Source: a bacterium BMS3Abin03
GTDB lineage: Bacteria > Bacteroidota > Ignavibacteria > Ignavibacteriales > Ignavibacteriaceae
Direction of reading: 5' to 3'
DNA length: 64,000 bases
Assembly (NCBI GenBank): GCA_002898075.1
Contig: BDSV01000161.1
Location: 8,168-72,167 of the forward strand
Under the pieces are notes generated by a model. That model was given only the letters and a program-made list of their open reading frames with translations. It was not told where the DNA came from and did not search any database. This document shows positions 1 through 9,900 of the stretch, in pieces (position 1 is the stretch's first letter; each line of letters opens with the position of its first letter). Made by a program: the position numbers and the translations under genes.

Positions 1-1
1 A

Positions 2-682
2 TTACAAATATATGATAGATGTATTGAAGATAGTAAAGTCGAATCGCAAAGATTAGAAAAAGAATTAGAACAGCTAAAAGAAAAAATTAAGCTTAGGTTT
101 GCTGAAAAGAGTAACCGGGTAGCAAAGTTAGTAGCCTCAAAAGTAAAAGAAATAGAAAGAGAGATTCATAATCTGGACCTGATGGAAAAATTCAATCATA
201 AATTTACATTCAATAATTCGATAACGTATTCGGTTATCATATCATTTATAGTATTTATGATTGGCGGATTAGCCGGTTATGCTAATAGCGGCGATGTGAA
301 TGCCTGGGATTTTAAGAGTGTGATGAGTATTGTTTTTAGTGAAGGATTAAAATGGGCTGCAGTAAGTATTTTTATCGGAACATTAATTTCATTTGTTCTA
401 TCAGCATCAACTTTCCTGGAAAAATCGAACAGGAAAACGCAATTAATGAAGGAAATTGGGAGCATAAAAAAAAGAAAAGAAACAGAAATTGAAAATCTAA
501 AAATTATAGCCGAAGAGCGTGAAAAAAATCTTGAAGAGAGATTTCATAGTAGAATTAAAGAATATAATCAAAGAGCCGAAGGTTTGAAGAGCCAAAAGTT
601 AACCGAGCAAAATACTCTAAGGGAATCGGCAATGGTTAAATATACAAAACTCGATGAACAATTGGCTGCATTAATAAATTAA
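2..682 (+). CDS. hypothetical coiled-coil / membrane protein, probably 5-prime truncated by the window edge
   Basis: The ORF track starts at the first ATG (182), but the same frame is open with no stop back to nt 2 (LQIYDRCIEDSKVESQRLEKELEQLKEK...). There is no Shine-Dalgarno before 182. Two hydrophobic segments (ITYSVIISFIVFMIGGLAGY, WAAVSIFIGTLISFVLSA) are followed by a charged coiled-coil tail. No family recognised. Confidence 0.5.
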   Translation, partial: LQIYDRCIEDSKVESQRLEKELEQLKEKIKLRFAEKSNRVAKLVASKVKEIEREIHNLDLMEKFNHKFTFNNSITYSVIISFIVFMIGGLAGYANSGDVNAWDFKSVMSIVFSEGLKWAAVSIFIGTLISFVLSASTFLEKSNRKTQLMKEIGSIKKRKETEIENLKIIAEEREKNLEERFHSRIKEYNQRAEGLKSQKLTEQNTLRESAMVKYTKLDEQLAALIN

Positions 683-951
683 CTACTCACCTAAATTGCT
701 GGCTACTATTAGCCATCTAAACAGAGAAAACCACTACAGCCACTTAAATTCTTAATATTTGCGATAATAACTGCTTGGTATGGTTATAGGGATTAAAAGA
801 TGCAGGTAAAATACAGCTATGCTCTATTTGTTGCCGAATAGCAATTAATCAAGGCATTATAAAATCTTTCGAACGATAAAATATTTTTAGCGAATAACAA
901 CTTTTCATAGCTGTTCAATTAATTCTTATAAATTAATGCATAAGAAGTAGC

Positions 952-3900
952 ATGGATACAAATTATCATGATCAATTACCGGATGAAGATAAATTAAATT
1001 TTCTTTTTGAAAGACTTATTGCAGCAAAAAAATATGATGAATGCGAGGTATTATGTAAAAATATTTTAGAAAAAAATTCAAATAGTTCAATTGCATTTAA
1101 AGCTCTTGGAAATATTAATTTCGAACAAAACAATATTCAACAAGCACTTCAGTTTTATGAAAAGTCAATCGAAGCCAATCAAAATAATGTTGAAAGTGTT
1201 GAAAAACTATTTCAATTATATTCAACTTTCTTGCAACAAGATAAGTTAAATAATTTATTGTGCAGGGTATATAGAACAACGAATTTAAATTTCGGATATT
1301 TTTTACCAGAACTGGAAACCGCTGCTGCAACTGAATTTAATAAAATTTATCAGGAATACTTTTTACGAATAATCTTTAAGGAAATTAAATCCATTTTTGT
1401 TGAATTAGTTTATTCTCCAATTTGGAGCGGCTCTCCAGGTACTATCACCGAGTGGAAAAACAGTAGTATTCGGTCACCAAGATTTGAATGGCTGTTAAGA
1501 AACTGCCAAAATGTTATTCCAGAATTTTATTCTTTTCTGAATGATAAATTACAGGAATTCGATTCTAGCATCCCGATGAAAGAAACCTTTCGCCTATTAA
1601 ACAAAGGTTTATTGGATGTAACAAAAAGATTAAATGGAAATTTTATTTCGTTGGGAAAGAAAAAAATGGAATCTGAATTATCATTCGAGATTTGGGAAAA
1701 TAATCTTAAAGGCAGAGACGAAGAGGAATTATTATTAAAGTTTAATGAATTTATTCAAACAGAAAATATATATTCCGTGTTACTGCACGGAAGTCTTGCA
1801 GATGGAAAAACTGAAAAGGGGTATAGCGACTTCGATGTGACGTTTATTCTCAACATACCTAAAGACCCTTCCAAAGACGAATTATTTTCAATAGCTGAAG
1901 CCGTAGTAAAATCCAACCACTTTTTGCTCGCTTATAATCCTTTTATGCATCATGGTCCGTTATTAAATTTTATAGATGAATTAAATTGGGCAACTGAGGC
2001 ATCATTTCCGTCTGTACTTGTAAGAAATGGCATATGGATGAAAAACAGTATTAAACATGTATCCTATATTGATGATGGTTTGGATTTTATTCTCTCTTTT
2101 TCACCGTTCGATAATTTCTTCGCGAATAATTTTCAACAGCCCGAAGATTTTCATAATCCTTTTGATTTGATTTGGTGGTCTTCTTCCGTAATGTTTTTGC
2201 CCTTATTGTTAACACAAATGTTGGATAAAAAATCAATTTGGAAAAGAGATTTATTAACAAAAAAGAATGATTTAATTCCTGCAAAGTATTGGGAACTGCT
2301 TGAAGAAATATCTTCTATACGCAAAAAGGTAGCGCAATTAATCCAGAAGAAAGTATCATTACCTTCAACTGTTTTAATATCGGATGAGAATCCCGGTATT
2401 ATATTGAATCGATTTAAAGAAAAATTCCCGCTTGATTTAGCTGAAATACAATCGGTGGGAATAACAAATAAATTAATTAACACTACAAAAGAGTTCTGGC
2501 TATTTTGTAAAAACGCTGTCTTCTATTATAATTTTATTAACCAGCATAGTTCTAACAGTAGCTTAAATATTTTTCTTAATAATTGGGCTAATGATATAAC
2601 AGAGATACCTGTACCTTCAACATTCGATATTTATCAAGAGACCAAGGAGTATTTCTTAAAACTCTGCGAAACTATTCCTCAGATCATTTCTGTATATGAA
2701 TTTGGAAACGTTGGCAGCCCCGGATTATCGGATCTGGATTTGCTTGTGATATTTGATGATGAATTATCCGGAATACCATCTCAATTAACGATCAATTCGA
2801 TGCAGCAAAAATATGCTGAGGTTTTCAATCATAATCCCATATTTATTTCGGAATCTTCGCTGCCGATGTTTGGTGCGATCTTTCCATTGTTTAATTGTAA
2901 AAGAATATTCGGCAAAGAACAAATAATTAAGCTAACAACAGAATTTGATACGCTTGTTCAGCTTTCACTATTCACTTTTATAAATGTATTAAAATATCCT
3001 AGAGATATAATTTATCTTTCAAAACAAAATAAACTACGTTGGAAAACTTTACTTACTTATCTGAACAGCTTTAATCATGTAGCAAAAGCATTTGAGTTAT
3101 TAAATATAACAGTACCTTTATCGATTCAGAAATGCTTGCAATTGAATGATTACATAAGGACTAATTTTCAGGAAAATAAAATGTCGATTGATGATCTGAA
3201 GGATGCACTTTTATTAATGCTTGAAGGCAGTACAGATATGATTTTGGTTTTTGATAAAATATGGGCAGAAGCAATTCCTGAACTTAAAGATATATATGGA
3301 ACTGTTGAAAAAAATAAATATTTTAAACAAGTATTAAATTCTTTAACATCAAAAACCACAACCTATCCAAAATTACCACCTATACTTAATGTAGTTATGC
3401 TTCACCTTCAAAAAATTGATGACAAAATAAATATTCCATCATCTGTTTTTGAGAAAATTGAAAAAGCTTTCTCTGAATATATTCGTTATAAAAATAATTT
3501 CATCCAAAATGAACTTGTTCACCGTCGAAATATAGATCATTATATTATTGGTAATGCATTTTCCACTTTGCCCGACCAAGCTGAACAAAAAGATTATTCC
3601 CTTGCAAACATCAAAGAATTAGAATCCCCTCAGTTTGAATGGTTCATGTTCAAATTAAATGCATTCGCTTATGAACACTCGCTTCGCATGATGATCAATT
3701 GGTCTAAAATATGGGAGTATCCCTGGATCTGGTTTAATGCATTACATAATATTGATTTTGATGGAAAGACTGCTGTCGATTTAGGGAGCGAACTTTCACC
3801 TATTCCCTGGCTGTTGGCAATGAAAGGTGCAAATGTTGTATTAATAGAAACTGATGAACAGTATATTTCAGACTGGCGGCGTCTTAATAAAGAATTAAAT

Positions 3901-6900
3901 CTGAATGTTGAATGGAGAATTGTTAGTGATGAAAAAATTCCTTTACCTAATAATTCTGCAGATATTCTAACAAGTTTCTCTGTTCTTGAACATCAGCCCG
4001 ATAAAAATGGAGCTGTTGAGGAAGTAATTAGAATTTTAAAACCAAATGGTGTTTTTGCTCTTTCATTTGATATTTGTGAAACTAATATGGGAATGACTTT
4101 CCCGGAATGGAATGGGAAAGCGATTGATTTACAGGACTTTGAAACTATATTATGGACGAATCCTGCATTTCAAAAGTCATTCAAACCAGAGTGGAATATA
4201 AATGATATTACAAGTTTCTGGCAGTGGCATTTACAGTCTGCTGAACATCATAACTATGTAACTGCTGCAGCAATATTTTATAATAAAAAGATCGAGTTAA
4301 AAAATGAAGAAGCTAAAAACATCGTTTGGGTTCGAATCGATTCTATTGGCGATAATATTCTTGCTTCTTCTATACTTCCGCACATCAAACAAAAATTTTC
4401 TAATTCGAAGACTACTGTCATCTGCCAGGAACACATCTCTGAGTTGTATGAATCATCACCGTATGTTGATAATATTATTCCACTTGACAAAAAGAAGTAC
4501 GAAGAAGATAATGATTACCGCAGAGAGTTCATTAACAAGCTTAATGAATTAGATCCCGATTATGTCCTTAATTCAGTTTTTTCGCGAGAAGAAATTGGAG
4601 ATGAAATTGTTGAAAATATTGATAGTAAAGTAAAAATTGGATTTTTTGGTGATACAAACAATATAAGTGAGGAGCAAAGGGAGACGAATAATAAATTCTA
4701 TACTCATCTTATTCCTAATGATAATTCCGATTATCCAATAGAATTGAACTTACACAAACAATTCTTAAATTACCTCAATATTGAAGTTGAAGCACTTAAG
4801 CCGGTAGTATGGATTACAGATGAAGACAGAGAATTTGCGAATCATCTAATGCAACAATATGATATTGAACAGAATAAATTCCTCGTACTATTTGCGGGAG
4901 CTCAAAGTTTTGCAAAAAGTTTTTATGATTTTGGTAAAGCTATTAAGTCTTTTGTAGAAGAAAATAGTCTTTCTGTAATAGCACTGGGTGATAATAAAGA
5001 TTTTAATGTAAATCAAATAAACCTTGATGAACTTAATGTTTCAACTGTTAATCTATCCGGTAAAACTACACTTAGGCAAGCAATCGCAATAGTAGAAAAA
5101 GCTTCAATGGCTGTAGGAGTGGATACTGGATTAGCTCATGTTTCTGCAGCCGTTGAAATACAAAACGTTATTCTGCTTGGCGGCGGTCACTTCGGCAGGT
5201 TTATGCCTTATTCTAATTTAACTTCTATAGTAGCCCTGCCGCTAAATTGTTACAGGTGCGATTGGAGATGTAAACATGGTTCCGCTTATTGCGTTAAAGA
5301 TGTTGATTACAAAGTAATTGAAGAAGCTGTCAATCAAACATTTAGTAAAAAGTCTGATAAGGCACGTGTTTTTATTCAGACAATTTTTCAACCTGAAACT
5401 GATAGAGAAAAACCCAAATGGGAATTTGATGATGACTTACTTTCAGATCAAAATATAGAAATAATAAAAGTTAAACCTGAAATCTCCTTGAAGGAAATTG
5501 AATTACTTATCCTTGGGAAAGAATATGAAAAAGCAATAAACCATTTACGAGGATTGTTAAATTTCAATCCTGATGATATTAATGTTCTAAATAATCTTGC
5601 AGTTGTTCAAATTTTAACAAAAAGATGGGAGAATGCCTCTCAAACATTAATAGCTGTTCTAAAAATTGATCCTGAAAATCAGGTTGCGATTGAAAATGTT
5701 CAATACCTGGAAAAGCAACTCGTATATCATAAAGCAATTCTTGATTCCGAAGAATTAATAAAACAACATAATTTTGAAGATGCGAAAAAGATACTTCGAG
5801 AAATATTAAATCATGAACCTAATCATATAGATGCTTTGAATAATCTTGCAGTTGTTGAAATTTCTAAAAACAATCTTGCCGAAGCAAATTTAGTACTTGA
5901 AAAAATACTTAACTTAGACCCCGAAAACAGTGTGGCATTGAATAATAAAAATGTATTATGGGAACTTATTGGGCAAGACACTTCCCCCGGTCAGGTAATA
6001 AAAATCGTCGATAGTAATTATCCGAAAATCTCCATAATCACCCCTTCATTCAATCAGGGCAAATACATCGAAAAAACAATCCAAAGTGTTTTTGAACAGA
6101 ACTATCCTAATTTGGAATATATTATAATCGATGGCGGCTCGACTGATAATACCGTTGAAATAATTAAAAAATATCAGGATAAAATTGATTATTGGGTAAG
6201 TGAAAAAGATGATGGACAAGCTGATGCAATAAACAAAGGAATTAAGAAAGCAACAGGTGAAATCATTGCTTGGCTTAACTCCGATGATTTCTATTATCCC
6301 GATGCGCTGCACGGCATTGCCGAAGCTTATCTAAAATATCCTGATGCCGGACTGTACACGGGAAACGGTTATAAGGTAGATCGTTCGGGAAATAATCCAA
6401 GGTTATATGCAAATAGTGTCGGATTCGATTACAATGCTCTGTTAAATGGTTCCTGTTTTATTTTACAACCTTCTACATTTATTAATAGAAAAGCTGTTGA
6501 TAAGCTCGGTTTGCTTGACGACTCACTCCGCTATGGTTTAGACCTTGAGTACTGGCTTAGAATAGGTAAGGAGTTTGATGTTATTGTTATTAATAAACCG
6601 CTCTCTGCTTACAGGTGGTACGATGAAATAAAAACAAACGAAGGATTTAAACGATGGATTGAACTGTGGCAGATTTACAAAAGATATACCGATGCGGAGA
6701 TTACTCCCGGTTTGCTGGTTGAATTTTTCTCTATTCTTAAAAAGGATTTTGTAAGGAAGGATTTAGAAATTGATGTTAAAGACTTAGCTGCGAAAGGTTT
6801 TGAATATACTTATCTTTTAATGCAGCAGGCACTTAACCTTAAAGATTGCATACCCGAAGGAAGGGGTATCATTTGCACTCCAACTTTGAAAGATAAAAGT

Positions 6901-9900
6901 AGTAATCATATTAAGCCCAAGCAAATCTCCGTTGTAAAAGATTTAAATACAAAACCTAAAATCGATGTTGTTCTTCAGGCAACGGGGGTGCATGCGTGGG
7001 GAGTAGGCAGAGGATGGGAAAATGGTGCTAATAAACTCGGGCTTCATCATAGAACATTTGCTCCGGGTGCAAGTTGGGGCGCAAAGGATGTTGATTGTGA
7101 TGATGGTTTGTACGATTACCTTCTCAAGCCCGAAGCGGATGTTATGATTCTTTTAGGTTTCGATTGGCATTCTCAGATGCTTCATTTGAATCCTAAATGG
7201 AAAGATAGATGGCTGAAGACAAGCATTTATAAAGTGCTTTATGTACAGGAATCTGTCGAAAATCATTGCAAGTTATTTAATACTCTAAATATGAAATCCT
7301 CCTTGATTTCGGCGGCAGAGATTGCTGACTTTATCGTTTATACCGATTTGAACGATACGGAATTTATTAAAAGTTTGGGTAAACCATACTTGTTGCAGCC
7401 ATTTGGTGTGGATGATACGGTTTTCAATATAAAAAAGGATTTAACTTCAAGGAAAAACAGGGCATTCTTCAGAGGTAAAATTGTACCGTTTAATAATGAC
7501 AACGCTTATGCAGAAAGACGGACGTTGCTAAAATACCTGCTGGATAATGATCTTATTGACTTAATTGAATATAGTAATCAACCGGTAACTGCCGGGGAAA
7601 TTGCCCGTGACTTTAATCAATATACAACTGCTGTAAACCTTCCATCCGTCTTTGCCAATCATCCCACGCGTGTTTATGAAGCATTAGCTTGCGGATGTGC
7701 GCTGATAACTAACAAGACAAACATTCCGAAAGTTGATAGTTTATTTGAGGATGGAGTTCATCTTATCTATTATTCTGATAAAACATCACTACAAAAATCG
7801 ATTGGGTTACTTCAAGGAGATAAGAAGTTACTTAATGACCTTTCAAAAAACGGATATGAGTATGTGCTTGATAATTTTACTTTGGATAAGCACTTAAATG
7901 AAATTATAAGTTATTCGAAAAATAGAATATCATTATCTGAACAAGAGACGAAAATTGACATTCCGGCTAAAAGGGATAAAACAAAAATTCTAATCGACGG
8001 TGTAATCTTTCAACTGCAAAAGAACCGCCCGCATGGGATCTATCGCGTCTGGGAGGCATTACTACGAGAATTTTCAAAGACTGATTTAGCAGATCGGATT
8101 CTTCTTTTAGATCGCGAATTATCTGCTCCGGACATTCCTAATATTCAAACAAAAGTAATTCATAGCTATACTTATGCTCAATGCAATGCAGATTCTCATT
8201 ACTTGCAGGATATTTGTGATGAAGAAAAGGCATCACTCTTTATTTCTACATACTATACTTATCCTGATAGAACGCATAACGTGTTGCTGTTACATGATAT
8301 GATTCCGGAAGCAATGGGCTGGGATTTAAGCAATGAGCATTGGAGTACCAAAATAAAAGCTTTACTTAAAGCTAATGCCTATTTCTCAGTTTCAAATTCA
8401 ACAAAAAATGATTTCATCAAATATTATCCAAAACTTTCTAATAAGAAAATATTTGTTGTTAACAATGCAGCAGATCATCATTTTAGAAAAAATAGCTTAC
8501 CTGAAATAGAAAACTTCAAGATAAAAAAGGGATTAAAAAAACCGTACTTTATTGTTAGCGGTAACAGGGATAAGTATAAAAATGCTATTCTGTTCTTTAA
8601 AGCATTTTCTAAATTGCGTAATAAAAAATCTTTCCAGGTACTAATTACCGGTGGTTCAGAAAATATCGAAGAAGAATTTCTGCCCTACTTAAAAGGAATA
8701 AATTATCAGTTAGTTCGATTAGATGATAAAGAATTATCTCTCGCTTATAACGGTGCTGTTGCCTTAGTTTATCCGTCAAAACATGAAGGGTTTGGTTTAC
8801 CGATTTTAGAAGCAATGCAATCAGGTTGCCCTGTTATAACTTGTAAAAATTCTTCGATTTCTGAAGTTGCAAATAATGCCGCGATTTATGTGAATGAAAA
8901 TGACGTTAACGAAATGAAGCAGGTATTAATTAAAGTTCAGAAGCAGGATGTAAGAAATAGCTTTATTAACAAAGGATTGAAAAATGCACTTAGATTTTCC
9001 TGGAAGAAAAGCGCAGCCGAATATAAGAAATATTTATACCGGCTTCTCCGGGAATTTAAGAATAAAAAATTAAATCCTTCAACTCCGCTTGATGAGTATA
9101 ATAAACTTTATTACCTGATTATGAAAGATGAAAGACTCGGTGTTGCTCATTCAAAACTGATTGATTTGCTTATTGACGGTATAAAAGCAGACCCTGCTGA
9201 ATTTTATAAGATCGAAAAAGAGTTGGTTAGGTTAGAGCAGTTTGATTTCTATCATCTGCTTAAATCTTTAAATAAAAAGAATAAAAAAGATCCGTTCTAT
9301 TGCTATGTAGAAGGATTAATTTATCAAAAAAATAATGATTACCATAATGCATTAGCACTTTATATGGATTCGCTAAATGCGGGGTGGACACACTGGAGAA
9401 TTGGTTACCTTGCTGCATTGGCTGCTATCGATGACAATAATCTTGATGTTGCTAAACAACTACTTGAGACAGTAATAAAAGCTAAACCGGATTACCGGGA
9501 TGCGGTGGATAAATTGCAGTTTGTAGTAGATATAATGAGCGGTAAGATTAAACCGAATAAAATAAAAGTATCGGCAATTGTATCAACGTATAATTCTGAA
9601 AAATTTATTCGTGGCTGTCTCGATGATTTAATTAATCAAACTCTCTACAAAAAAGGTGAATTGGAAATCATTGTTGTGAATTCCGGTTCAAATGAAAATG
9701 AATCACGAATCGTTCAAGAGTATCAAACGAAATTTTCAAATTTAGAATTGATCTCGACGGATGAAAGAGAAACGGTTTATAAAGCATGGAACAGGGGAAT
9801 AAAGGCAGCAACCGGAAAATATATTACAAATGCAAATACCGACGACCGTCACAGACATGATGCTTTAGAAATACTCACTCTCGAACTGGATAAAAATAAT

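Noticed and set aside
833-840. GCCGAATA, a sigma-28-like -10 upstream of the giant GT gene.
   Set aside because: It has two mismatches in the most conserved part, and the nearest TAAA (807-810) is 22 nt away. It therefore gives no evidence that the GT island is sigma-28 controlled.
4304-4552. Same-strand alternative-frame ORFs (4304-4552, 45635-45817, 48045-48251).
   Set aside because: They are embedded in the giant GT gene, flhB and flhF respectively. They have no Shine-Dalgarno and no recognisable protein features, and the host frames carry conserved motifs across these spans.
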